From Antedon mediterranea (taxonomy: Eukaryota; Animalia; Echinodermata), in NCBI RefSeq assembly GCF_964355755.1, contig NC_092674.1:4960001-5024000 (forward strand): DNA of 64,000 nt, read 5' to 3'. Shown one piece after another: positions 40,468-53,200 of the stretch; the stretch's first letter is position 1; each line of letters begins with the position of its first letter. The notes below the pieces were generated by a model that saw nothing but the letters and a program-made list of their open reading frames with translations, made no database searches and was not told where the DNA came from. Both the position numbers and the translations under genes were made by a program.

Positions 40468-41626
40468 TTATGTTTTACATTGTAATGTTTAATGTCTTTT
40501 AGAAACTCAGACCAAAAATCCTTTTTTTTTTTAGATTCCACACATCATTTTTAACAAGGCTTTTTCTTGTGATCTGTTTTTTTAAAACTGTATGTACAGT
40601 GAAACAATAAAAATGATATGAAAAATTAATATGATTTTGAAATTATGAAGAATCAGATATACAATAATTCGGTAAATAATGGCCAATGTAGTACACAGTA
40701 GTATAACAATAATGATATAATAATATGCTGCGCATGAGGCCCAGCCTAGCTATGCTAGTTAATAATAATAGTATTATATGCAAAAGATAATACGGACATG
40801 CATTAATTTGTTTGTTTTAAGGTTGTTATAGTTTTGATGTTATTTTTTAATGTATTCATCATGTGGAGATCTAAGATGGGATAAACCGCCTGCAAGAAAC
40901 AGGTTAGATTCACAATTCACAGAATATTCTACTGATAAAAATATTGTAGGCTGGCCTATATAAAAACCGAACAGAAAAGATTCGATATAGGCTACAAAAC
41001 ACCTCGGAAACTGCCATTTGGATATGTTGACGCAACTCTAGGAAAAGTGACGCTTTAGTAACGCAATTTACTTACAGAAACAAAGTACATATATTTTTCC
41101 CTCTAAAAAAATGGTATCGTCAGGAATATGTTCCTCCTGGCAGACATACCGCCTTGCAGACATTACAGAAACAAAGTACAGATATATTCCCTCTAAAAAA
41201 AATGGTATCGTCGAGAATATGTTCCCCTGGCGGACATACCGCCTGGCAGACATACCGCATGGCAGACAGTCTGCAGCAGGATCTCTATCACTAGGTCTGC
41301 GCGATGGTTTCTTCTTAGTTGCTATGGCAACAGGGATAGTGTTGAAAAGGCGACTGGTTGTACCTTTTTGATGGTTATGTTTAGGGTGATCCCTTAATGC
41401 TTACATTTGTTGTATTTTGTACCTTTTAATAGTTTTATAGATTTCGTAGATTGTCAGTTATAGTTTTTTCCTTCATAGGTATTAAAGTTTAACAGTAGAA
41501 ATTCACAGATGTTTTTCATTGTGCTGCATCCATAGGCTCACAGCTTTGTAAGTTATGTCATACTATAAAAGATACTGTATGTAGCAACAAACTATGTAAC
41601 AATTTAATTAACAATAATATAGCATA

Positions 41627-41924
41627 TGTTGTGAACGGCGCCCGCTGGGTAAACAGACCACCCCTCCGACCGAACGAGGGCGTCGCCCCGATAGCTTGAT
41701 CTGCATACAGGGGGTATGCGAATGTTAACGTGGGACCTCGACGCCGCCCGAACCGGTCTATTCGAAGCAGGAACCAAGGAGAAACGGACGCAACCGGAAT
41801 TGACCAATATATTTGGATTTACTGCTTTCGGATACTTGTGTGATTTAGGACAAGCGGGACTGTTAAGGTAAGCCTAGTAGCTTTCATTATCAGGCCATTC
41901 CAGCACCGACCTAAAATCACAACA
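41627..41924 (+). repeat. 5' LTR
   Basis: One mismatch seen against 55871-56168. Confidence 0.95.
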
Positions 41925-41925
41925 T

Positions 41926-41939
41926 TGGCGCTGCGAGCA
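41926..41939 (+). other. primer binding site, tRNA-Ser-like
   Basis: TGGCGCTGCGAGCA, one nt after the LTR. Confidence 0.75.
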
Positions 41940-42795
41940 AAAGCTCGGAATTTTTTTTTTTTTTTTTTGGTGGGGAGGCGGGTGCCTTGATTGCCAGCTG
42001 GCATTCTTAACGTGATCGGGTTGATTGCAAGGTATTTCGTCCTCTGCTGAAACTATTAACTTATTGTGCTTACGGTGCATTTGTTAGTTTATTGAAGTCG
42101 ATATCTTTATTGAAGATTACAACATACCGGTAAAGTTAATCACGCAGTATTGTGGCATTTGGATACTTGCTGATTAGCGTATCGACGGGGTAGTCGATGC
42201 GTACCGGTAGTTGTATTTATTTTGCTATAGTTGAAGGATTAGTGGGCAGTTTACTAGGCCGTATCACCTGGTGGGATACTAGGCGTGGCCGTTGAACTGA
42301 GTGGCACCACTAATTTTAACTTTGATTGTTTTTTATTGATAACATCTTTTTCGTCCATCAGTCAGGTTTTTCATCTTGAGAAATTATACTGGCTGTGTGC
42401 AATATATTGTGTTAACTTCACAGTGGCATTACCGCTTTCCTTTCTTTGCATCGGGGGAAGGTTTAGTGGTAAGTGTTGTTAAACTGTATCGACGTCTCTT
42501 TTTAATAATCTAGTTGCTTGTTATTGCAGGTTTGCTGGTGCAATATTTTAACTGTATTTGTATCGCCAGCTGCCATTTTGCAATATTTGTGTGTGTGTTA
42601 TTGCACTGACGATATTTTATTATACTGGTGTGCTTGTATTTATTACTACGTCTATCAGTATTTTAATCCATATTGTATTCTATGCTAAATAACATCTGTT
42701 ATCTCACACTGCAGCTAGTTTTACCACACTGAAGATCGTAAAGTGTTACTACAACTTTTATTCCGGGCCAGTCTGTTTTCTTCTGGAAAGCTTGA

Positions 42796-45700
42796 TAGTC
42801 CAGGAGTATTAGACTTTGAGGTAGAAATAAATATGCTAAAGCTGAATTTTTCAGGATAGGTCCCTAATGTTGTCTGAAACAACATACTAAAAGTCCCCGG
42901 GTTTCCCCGTTGTGCTTCAACCCGATTGGGCCATTTTTCAAAATGGCGGCCATCTTAAAATTATTTACTATATGCTGACAACCAGTAGATGTAAGTAAAC
43001 AATCTTGGTGTCAAAATACTCAGAAGACCCATATTTATATTCACTGTAATGAGAAAGTTTAACAAAAAATGGTCAGAAATGCCTGTTTTGACCTTTGACC
43101 CTAAATTTGGATTATCTCAATATCTCATCAACGACTGGCCGTAGAGACTTCAAAGTTGTCCCAAATTATTCAGAATGCCCAACTTTCTATTCACTTTAAT
43201 GAAAGAAAAATACCAAATTCCTTTAGAAACCTTCTATTTTGACCTTTGAACTATTGACCTAGACATATTTTAATTGTATAGACATCTTGGTGATCAATAG
43301 GAGTACACAAGCGAAATTGGTGTCAAAATACTCAGAAGACCCATATTTATATTCATTATAATGGAAAAGTTTTTAAAAAAATGACCGGAAATGCATGTTT
43401 TGAACTTTGACCCTAAATTTGGATTATCTCAATATCTCATCAACGACTGGCCGTAGAGACTTCAAAGTTGTCCCAAATTATTCGGAATGCCCAACTTTCT
43501 ATTCACTTTAATGAAAGAAAAATACCAAATTCCTTTAGAAACCTTCTATTTTGACCTTTGAACCTTTGATCTAGTCATATTTTATACCAAAATTGTATAG
43601 AAATCTTGGTGATCGATAGGAATACATAAGGGAATTTGGTGTCAAAATACTCCAAAACACCCATGTTTCTGAAATAATGTACTAAATGCGATTGAAAGTG
43701 TTTTGACCTTTGACCTTAATCATTACATTTTAATGAGAATTAGTCTCATTTCGTGCCTAGCTTACCTGTATAAACCGATAATAGCCCGTGCTCTCCAGAG
43801 GGAGGGCTTAGATGCAAAAAGTTAAATTTAAGTTGACATAAAGATAGACAGAATCTAACAATTCATCAGTATGGCCATTGCCATGAGAGGTAAAATTCAT
43901 TCCAAATTGCTCAGATGCTAAACAGACAAACCAAGCCCCAATTTTAAACTATATATATATGATACATTTTACTGTCTGTTTGGGCTTTAGCCTGTTTTCA
44001 CTTCTTTTATTCATTAGTAACCAAACAAATGTTGAAATATCAAGGTTAGAAATTAGTCCTCCAAAAAATGCCACGCATTCTCTATATGGCTAATGTCCAT
44101 GTTTAAACTTTGGAGCTACACCAATTCTGAAATGTTTCCTCTTCGGCAGTGTCATTTAATATAGCAGAGACCACTACTGGTTGATTTGACACACACTTAT
44201 TGGTAAAATTGTTGGTTTTTTTTCAATTGAGCTGCACTATTACATTTCTTTGTGTATATAGGTCTGGAGTACATAATTCATCTTATAACATTTTTTAAAT
44301 TGTCTAAAACTGCACACTGTACATAGTCACCCACCCAACCATTTATCAAGGTCTCAGTCTAAGTCTCATTTAGGCTCTAGTCATACAGTACCTCCGATTC
44401 TTATCTGATATGATGCAATTTAATTTTAAAAGAATTATTGCATTTATCTTTAAGATGTGAACATTTTTCTCTGTTTTTTTTTTCTAATCAAAATTCTCTA
44501 AAAATCGAAAATACTTCAGGACTATATGATGGTTAATAAAATAAGGGCATGGAAATCTGTTGAAGACCATAACAACTTTACAGTGACAATTTCTTTATAA
44601 TCCATCTTGATAGATTTGAAAGAGTTTCATATTGTATTTTATTATTTAGGTGATTTGTCAAATGACACATTGTGACCCTTTGATACCTGAAATTATGGCC
44701 TCATATCTATATTGATGAATATTATTATTCGTCCATCGGACATTTTTTCTAGGCTGTTTCAGATAAATTTGACATCTCATGGCATGATGAATGGTATGAT
44801 ATGTCCATCATGCTATTTGGGACTTGAATTATTAAATTATAATGTAGTGATTAAAGTCAAAGGTAAAAAAACATGGGTGTTTTGGAATATTTTGACAACA
44901 AATTCGCTTATGTATTCCTATCGATCACCAAGATTTCTATATAATTATGATATAAAATATTGTATTGGCCAGATCAATAGTTCAAATGGCAAAATGGGTG
45001 GTTTCTAAAGGCTTTTAGTATTTTTCTTTAACTACAGTGAATAGATAGTTGGGCACACTGCTTAATTTAGGACAATTTTGAAGTCTCTACGGCCAGCAGT
45101 TGATGCGGTATTGAGATAACCCTAATTTAGGGTCAAAGTTATAAATTTTGAAACCAATTTCGTATCCTATCGATCACCAAGATGTCTATCAAAATAAATA
45201 TGCCTATGTCAATAGTTCAAAGGTCAAAATAGAAGGTTTCTAAAGGTTTTTGGTATTTTTCTTTCATTAAAGTATTTAAATAGAAAGTTGGGCATTCCGA
45301 ATAATTTGGGACAACTTTGAAGTCTCTACGGCCAGTCGTTGATGAGATATTGAGATAATCCAAATTTAGGGTCAAAGTTCAAAACATGCATTTCCGGTCA
45401 TTTTTTAAAAACCTTTTCCTTTATAATGAATATAAATATGGGTCTTCTGAGTATTTTGACACCAATTTCGCTTATGTACTCCTATCGATCACCAAGATGT
45501 CTATAAAATTAAAATATGCTTAGGTCAATAGTTCAAAGGTCAGAATAGAAGGTTTCTAAAGGAATTTAGTATTTTTCTTTCATTAGAGTGAATAGAAAGT
45601 TGGGCATTCTGAATAATTTGGGACAATTTTGAACTCTCAACGGCCAGTCGTTGATGAGATATTGAGATAATCCAAATTTATGGTCAAAGGTCAAAACAGG

Positions 45701-45997
45701 CATTTCCGGTTATTTTTTTAAAAACTTCTCCATTACAGTGAATATAAATATTGGTCTTCTGAGTATTTTGACACCAAAATTGTTTACTTACACCTACTGG
45801 TTGTCAAAATATGGTAAATAATGTTAAGATGGCCGCCATTTTGAAAAAATGGCCCAATCAGGTTGAAGCACAACGGGGAAACCCGGGGACTTTTAGTATG
45901 TTGTTCCAGACAACATTGGGGACCTATCCTGAAAAATTCAGCTTTAGCATATTTATTTCTACCTTTGGCCCTTTTTTTGTCTAATACTCCTGGACTA
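42796..45997. mobile_element. non-autonomous Academ element in the LTR-element leader
   Basis: TAGTCCAGGAGTATTAGAC / GTCTAATACTCCTGGACTA ends, 3-bp TSD TGA, ~0.9-1.1 kb inverted arms built of ~310-bp repeats. Confidence 0.88.
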
Positions 45998-46367
45998 TGA
46001 AGACTGTTCACGTGATTTGTGACTTCAATTCACACGCTGATTATCACTGCCTTTCTGTGGAGGGGAGTGGTCTGGTGATCAGTGTTCGTTGAGCATTACC
46101 AAGATCTGGATTTGAAGTATCGTCATCATTTGAATGCTGTGCAATTGGTGAATGTATCACAAATGTTTTAATAGTTTTATGCCCATTTTAATAGTACAGG
46201 CATTGGTATTTTATGGCATTTTACATTCCTAGTTTATACACAGTATTCATCTTAAACCGGATAAGTACTAGTGGCAAAACATACATTTACTGTAGATACA
46301 TTTTATTGAAAGTCTTTGACCTCTGGCAATACTTTTCTACTTTTAAGTGTATCGTATGTTTTAAAGA

Positions 46368-48164
46368 ATGCCTCATGTTGCAATAAATTTCTGGACAGAG
46401 CCGGATCTCGTCCATCTACTAGGAAAGAGGGCTAGGAAAATTACTGATTGGAGGTCCAAATTTGGAAATATCAGACCCTGTGACTTAGAATATTTAACTG
46501 GAATCAAGTGCTTGTCATCCAAAACAACTCGCTGGGATTTCACACCGAATCCTCAATTAGTGAGTAGTTGGGTTCAGAACACTAGCACTCCTCAGCTGTT
46601 CCATGCAGCACAGGTTCCATTTGGAACTTATTCCGGTGATTTACCTGGTGGTAGTTTCTCATGGAGACACACCAGTACCAACCAACCTAGTTCTGACCAC
46701 AGAGAAAAGACAGATTCAGGTTCTAGGAATACTCACTATAGGTATGCAACCAAAGCAGAATGTCAACCAATATCTGAGCTGTTAGCTTTAGACTCTAGTC
46801 TTAATGTACGGGGTTACCAGTGCACTAAAGGTAGTAAAACCTCAAAAACTAGATCTGTGTCTAAGCTTTTTAGATTACTGACAGAGGATTGTTTCAGTGA
46901 CTCTTCTAGTAGCTCTAGTCTTATGGACTCCAGCTCTAGTAATGATGAGAGTTGTACAAGTGACGAAGATAGTGATCAGGATAGGGCTTATCGTAAATAT
47001 TCTACGAGTGTTCAATCTAGAAGACGACACTCGCATGGGCATTCCCAACGATCACAAAAACTATTGAGACAAAAAGACATTCCCAAGTCTCTAACTTTTA
47101 ATGGCTGGGATGATGACTGGTATCCTTTTAAGAAACGGTTCAGATCTTTCGCAAAGGCGCAGAACCTTACCACCGGGGATAGTAAAAATGCCCTTTTTTG
47201 GTGTATGGAGGGACCTGCGGCAAAGTTCTTAACCAATCTTTTAAGGATGGAGCCAACATTAGACTTCAAAGAGATGATGGATGTCCTCAGTGTACGTTTC
47301 GGTGACGGTGAGCGGTCTCTAAAACAGGAACGACACGAAACTTTAGAAAAATGGGGACGTAGAGTCATGACGGTAACCGAGAAAGCCTGTAGTGATCTAC
47401 CTAGATCTAGAGTGCAAAGGCTACAGGTGGAATGGTTCTGCACTGGGTGTCACGACAAGGATGCTGGTGAGTATGTTTCACGGAAACATTGTGCTACTAT
47501 CACCGAAGCTCTTGAAAAATATAGGAGGTTTGACTGTCGCCGCAAAGGATTGTACAGAGAGCATGGGAGAAAAGTCAGAAATGATTTAATGCCCCGTACT
47601 AGGTCTATGACTTATACTCTCTGTAGCTCAACCCATCATCACATATCCTCACACGAAGATGAAGCCGAAAACCATTATCAAGCTTCTGAAATCTGGAGTA
47701 GGTCGAAAGCGGAGTCATCAATTGGAGAAGAGGACGTGCCCAATGGGAAATCTCTTACCATGATGAAGGCTGCAGGGCGGCAAGGTAAAAACAGACTTCC
47801 TGCCACATCCGATGAACTCCAACTTGTGGCATCTTACTCTTCACCAACATCGGACATGCTTCCTGTAGCAGGCCCGTGTATTACCATGGAACAACTAGAG
47901 ACCACAAAACAAGGGTGCATTTTACCCACTGGTGAAATGCCTAACCCTGTCACACCAACAAGTGAATTGACAAGAAAGAAGAAAAGTCAAGAATCAGTGT
48001 CAAAATCTGCCCGTGCTAATCTGGATTTCCCAGTGGTTGACTCATGGTCGGCTAGCATTTCGGGTCAGGAAAGGACACATACAGCACACACCACAGCTCT
48101 TGACTTCACAGTGGTTGAATCATGTTTAGCCACCCTTGTTGAAGACCTAGAAGAGAGGACTTAG
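46368..48164 (+). CDS. Gag-like ORF with N-terminal HhH-like motif
   Basis: LTFNG..WYPFKKRFRSFAKAQN..LFWCMEGPAAKF..L..RFG resembles the Gypsy capsid region; no zinc knuckle seen. Confidence 0.7.
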   Translation: MPHVAINFWTEPDLVHLLGKRARKITDWRSKFGNIRPCDLEYLTGIKCLSSKTTRWDFTPNPQLVSSWVQNTSTPQLFHAAQVPFGTYSGDLPGGSFSWRHTSTNQPSSDHREKTDSGSRNTHYRYATKAECQPISELLALDSSLNVRGYQCTKGSKTSKTRSVSKLFRLLTEDCFSDSSSSSSLMDSSSSNDESCTSDEDSDQDRAYRKYSTSVQSRRRHSHGHSQRSQKLLRQKDIPKSLTFNGWDDDWYPFKKRFRSFAKAQNLTTGDSKNALFWCMEGPAAKFLTNLLRMEPTLDFKEMMDVLSVRFGDGERSLKQERHETLEKWGRRVMTVTEKACSDLPRSRVQRLQVEWFCTGCHDKDAGEYVSRKHCATITEALEKYRRFDCRRKGLYREHGRKVRNDLMPRTRSMTYTLCSSTHHHISSHEDEAENHYQASEIWSRSKAESSIGEEDVPNGKSLTMMKAAGRQGKNRLPATSDELQLVASYSSPTSDMLPVAGPCITMEQLETTKQGCILPTGEMPNPVTPTSELTRKKKSQESVSKSARANLDFPVVDSWSASISGQERTHTAHTTALDFTVVESCLATLVEDLEERT

Positions 48165-48821
48165 CTACCAGTGCCTGATTTCCCAGTGTTTAATCCAGGG
48201 GAGAAGCCAGGAAAAACTAAACCTGATGGTACCAGAGAACCACGTAGACGACGGCAACTACCCACCATTCCGGTAGAGTGGCCTGAACCAACATGGAGTC
48301 CACAAACTCCAGAACAACACAGACGATGGCCGCAACTACCTACCAATCTGGTAGATAAGCCTGAACTACCTCGACGAAGACGGAAATTACCTACCGTTCC
48401 GAAAGGAAGACAAACTATGATATCCGCTCTTCCTGTTGCTGATATCCGATCTGCCAGTATTGGAGTCTGTAACACTCCAGTGACTTCGGTCACAACTGGA
48501 TCTGATCGGACTAGTTGTAAACAGGCTGCGAAAGATGTGGGGTCGACTACAGTGGAGGTTACTACCGTATCGACAGACCAACCCCAGGTTAGAATGGTAA
48601 CTGAAGTACCCTCTGAACACAAGGTAAGCATGCTTTGTCTTTCAGGTACAGAGTTTACGGTGACATCTTCCTTTCCTATCAGAGAGCAAGGCCGTAGCTC
48701 TCAACAGTTACATTCTTGGCTACTCACCCCGACTAGACCTGGGGTTCTACACAGCAGGACTGAGAAAGTAGACCCCAAGCTAGCTGGGACGATTCCGTGG
48801 GATCCAGGAGGTGAAACTTAA
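48165..48821 (+). CDS. in-frame continuation of gag after a single TAG; Pro/Arg-rich, ends PWDPGGET
   Basis: Same frame as 46368; DFPV/DFTV motifs occur on both sides of the stop. Confidence 0.45.
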   Translation, partial: LPVPDFPVFNPGEKPGKTKPDGTREPRRRRQLPTIPVEWPEPTWSPQTPEQHRRWPQLPTNLVDKPELPRRRRKLPTVPKGRQTMISALPVADIRSASIGVCNTPVTSVTTGSDRTSCKQAAKDVGSTTVEVTTVSTDQPQVRMVTEVPSEHKVSMLCLSGTEFTVTSSFPIREQGRSSQQLHSWLLTPTRPGVLHSRTEKVDPKLAGTIPWDPGGET

Positions 48822-49299
48822 TGGATGCTGTCACTTCTGACTGCGCTTTCTGAGTGTAGTCTACAAGAATCTTGACGGAATCAGACTGGAATTGTGCCCA
48901 TGATGACGGAGCAGTTGAGTTGATTCGTTTCTACTGGAAACCTCAACCTAACTCACATCAATATCAACCTGCCAAATGGTTGCATTACTTTTGCTCGTGG
49001 CAATGTGATGTACATTTGTTGAACTCAGATTGATCTTGGAAGTTGCTGCAGATGGTAGGTATAGTGATGCAGGAGCTGATATCTGTACATCAGTATGCCT
49101 CCTGAGCTTCACACTTACTATGATGATGTAGGAGAAGACGTACAGTACCCACATTTCAGGGAGTTTCCCCGGTGTATTCAAGCTAGTGTGAGAAAGGTGG
49201 AATGCTTCCCTTTTAGAATGGGGAGGTGTGTTGTGAAAGGGGTCTCCCGCTTGAATACCCTGTCCAGTTTGCTCATTTGCATGTAAATCAGCTGGGACA

Positions 49300-49632
49300 G
49301 GTGCTCGACCGGTTATTAGTTCTTGTTTATTTCAGGTGCAGCTGAGAAATAAGACGGTGGTTTTAAATCATGACAAGCTGAAGCCCTGTCGGGATCGACA
49401 GCTTCCTAAATGGCTGGCTGATTTTAATTTACCTTCTCTTTCTTCACCTACAGATCCGGATGCAGGACCGTTGTATTGTCTATGTCGCCAGCCCCGGGCC
49501 GGCTCGTTTATGATACAATGTGACTATTGCGAGGTGTGGTACCACGGTGCATGTGTGAATATTGCACCATCTGAGGCCTTGGACATCGACTTATATCGAT
49601 GTGCGGACTGCAAGTCCTCAGTTAACAATTAA
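49300..49632 (+). pseudogene. integrase C-terminal remnant fused to a PHD finger
   Basis: SSCLFQVQLRNKTVVLNHDKLKPC followed by LYCLCRQP..FMIQCDYCEVWYHGACV..DIDLYRCADC (C4HC3). Confidence 0.85.
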
Positions 49633-49633
49633 G

Positions 49634-49663
49634 TACTCACGTTTACCTTCTCTTCTTCCTCAG
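49634..49663 (+). promoter_or_regulatory. splice acceptor for ORF3
   Basis: Branch-like TACTCAC, pyrimidine tract TTTACCTTCTCTTCTTCCT, then CAG|ATATG. Confidence 0.65.
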
Positions 49664-50274
49664 ATATGGATCAGTTACCGTTTGCTGACGGAAGTGATAC
49701 GGAGATTTCCGAGATGGAAGAGGATGTGCTCCTGGCTAGTCCGGGGGTACAGGAGGAACTGACGGTGGCTGGGGATACGGGAGGGGCTTGCCCGGCGGCG
49801 AGCACCCCAGCCAAGGGGAAACCAATCTGCCATCTGATGACCCCGAAAGAAGAAGCAGTGGCTGGGGATACGAGAGGGGCTTGCCCGGTGGCGAGCACCC
49901 CAGCTAAGCAGAAACTAAAATGCCATCTGGGATGTGGTCCAGTGAGCAACATACGGGTCCACGTCACGAAGACGCATGCCCCGGCATGTTTCCGACCACT
50001 GGAACGGAGTTCTTGGCGGAGGGCACGAGTGCAGTGGCGGGCACTCACCAGTTTGGCAGCGGAGGGCCTTGGTAAAGGCAGAACACCAGAGGACCTGAGA
50101 TGTCTCCTGAACGCCCAGCACCTTATGGGGGATGGCACTGATGTCCTACCTCCGGATAGGAAAACTCGTAGTGCCATCCTTATGCTGACACGGGTGATTG
50201 GGGGAAAGAGGCCCCCGCCTCTCACGATAGCTCCGGTTATCAGTCACCCGTCGGCTCTCATACACTGGCGCTGT

Positions 50275-53200
50275 CAGGGCTGCAAATTAACTTTTTCACT
50301 TGGTAGCACTATAAAATTTTTATGACAGCTCATAATAATTTTTGGTAGCACCACCAATTTTTTTGGTAGCACCTGATCAACTTTGTTCATCGACAACTAA
50401 CCCTTCTCCCCTACCCCCATCCCACACACAAAAAAAAACCAAAACACACTAAAGCAAACTGCATGTACAACAGTAACACTCAGTTACCATCAGAGGCAAC
50501 CAACCAATAAAACTTTATTTCTTTATTAAATGATTAAAGAATACAATGTAAGATATGACAGTAGTAATATAATGTTGTGCCAGGGATCATTGATTCAGCG
50601 AACTAGTACAATTCCATCAGGCCAGTTTCTGTACATAGGCCTCCTACTTCGCTGGCCATCTGATAACCACTTTTCAGCTATAGTTGTTGGATCAAAAGAC
50701 TCTAGTGTTGGACCCTCCATTTCTATTCGGATCAAATCTTCTGTAGTGCTTACGTGGAGAGAATTTCTCACATCAGTTTTAATGCGTTTTTGGGCTGAAA
50801 ACCCCCTCTCGCATTGAGCAGCACTGATCGGCATAACAAGGAGGATTTGCACAAGGTGTAGGATATTCTGGTAAGACAAAACAAGTTATAGAGTAGACTA
50901 GTTAAAAAAGTAAGTTCCTCCTTATATTTAAATTTTCAAAAATTAAATTAATTAAAAAACACTTTTAAAATTACTATAGTCACTGTACCTTGTAATCTTC
51001 ACAGTATGGTTTTTTAGTAAGCATAATCTGCCACAAATCAAGGTATGACTTATCCTGTAAGTTTATTTGGATTAACAGTTTCATGTCACTCCATTCATGT
51101 AATGCCTTCAACTTGTTACATCCTTGTCTGTATAAAATAATTATATTGGAAAAATAAAACATAAAATGATTAGAAGAAATGTGGATTAAGATGGAGTTTC
51201 TGAAGAAAGTGGACTTTTTTTTGTCTTGCTGCTACTGCTTCTTAAGAGGAAGAACTTTAGAGAACAACAAATTAATTAATTTAATATTCAATAATGTAAT
51301 GTTCTGTTACCTTTCTAGTATATCTTCAAAATGATGAAGAAGGTATTCTACTTCACCACGACCATATTCAAGTAATTCTCGCTGATTTTTCGGCCAACTG
51401 TCATGGTTGAATATGTTAAATGCATAGAGTGCTTTCTGTGGTGTTGCGTCATTGCCTACAACTTCATCATCTGGATCACTAAGAACATTCTTAAACCTGT
51501 CTTTCATGTCCCTTACAACAAACTGACAGGCCTGCTTAATCGAAGCAGTTAACCGCACATCAATCTCTGATTCAGTACCTTTCAGTTTAATGCCCTGTAT
51601 AATTAAGAAACATTGGTAAACATAGAAGTTGGCAGAGAGTTTTAGTTCAAATACATGTCACTGAATTTATAATTAATTTTAATAATATGTAATAAGTACT
51701 AATTACCTGAAACAGTACTTCTTCTTTGTCAATTGTTGTATCTATGAACCTTTGAAGATAGCCACCAACCTTTGGGCTGTCCTCAAGAGCTTCAATGCTC
51801 AAAATACACCTTAACAACTGTGCCTTTGCCGTTGGTAGTATCAGATCATTGCGCTGAAGTGTCAGGCTAAGCTGCTGGATTTCAGTAAACATGTCTGCCA
51901 AGAAGTGACTGAAAGCGGCAAACATAATTGTTTCCATTTCTTTTTTTATCTGAGAAGAAAATATTCATAAATTAAAAATCACAAACACTATGCTTTACAA
52001 AGCAACACAAGTCAAACTCAGCACAGTGAGCAATCATGAAAGATGTCATGCTTGCATCAACATTTAATCAACAAATTACAGGTATGGTGCTATTAACCTT
52101 TCTTGCTCTCCCTTGAATGTCAGCAGATGTGTGGGTTGCTGCCAGGTGATCCATATGTGCATGGATTGCACCATATTGGCCAGCATCTGTCATTACATCA
52201 GGTGATTTAATGAAGGATGTGAGTGATCTTGTAACATGGGCAATCCACCTTGTACCCTTGACATTTCCTGGATTCACCACATTTACTCCAAGTTCTCTGC
52301 CAATTTGTTTAAGCTCCCTTTTGGATTTAGGGCTGAAATGGTAGGTCTTCCAAACCAAGTACAGCAAGTCATACACTTTCGTCACCATTGGCTGTTTTTT
52401 CAGGCCAGAAAGCAATGCCAACTCAAGTCTGTTAATTTATAAAAAATAAAAGATGATATTATTTATACAGTATTGCATTATAAATAAATGAGTGAAGGCT
52501 TGGACATAAAAGCTAATCATTGATTTAACAAATATTGTTTAATATATGAAGATTTAATTCAATACCTGTGAGGCATACAGTGCATTGGTATAATGTGTTC
52601 TCCTGCGCTCTCTTTGAGATGTACAATTACTCCACCTCTCTTTCCAAGATTGACACTTGCACCATCTGCTCCAAAGCCTACTACTTTAGACTTCCATCTC
52701 TCACCACAGCCTGTGTTGTTGAATATTTTCTCCACTGTAGAAAAAACCCCTGCAAAATTAATAGAACAGGTGTATATTTTAAAAATAAAGTTTGTATATT
52801 GCTAAGTAATAGTAATTTATACTTTAAAACAAAAATAAATTTGTTAATAATATCTGTTCCTGGGCTCCTCTGATCTTGTCACTGTGTGTAGAGAGAGGCC
52901 TGGGCTAGTAATCACTCAGTTTTTAATTTTAAATCTTATATACAGGCCCACTACTGAGTAGAGTAGCCTACCCTAGGGCCTAGGCAGTTAGTATTAGTAA
53001 AAAATGAGAGTAGGCCTAAATTAATATTATTTAATAACAATTAATACTGTTTTGTGATTTGCTATTCAGGCCTAGGCTGAAGAATTTAATTAAACTTACC
53101 AGCTGCATGAGCATGTTCTACTTCGGCTTGACCAACCAAACGATTTACAGGCAAACCATTTTCTAGCATCCGAACGTATAATATCTCGCACTCTTTGACT

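Noticed and set aside
48822-49300. Protease or RT remnants
   Set aside because: No D(S/T)G, YxDD or integrase core motif could be read in any frame.
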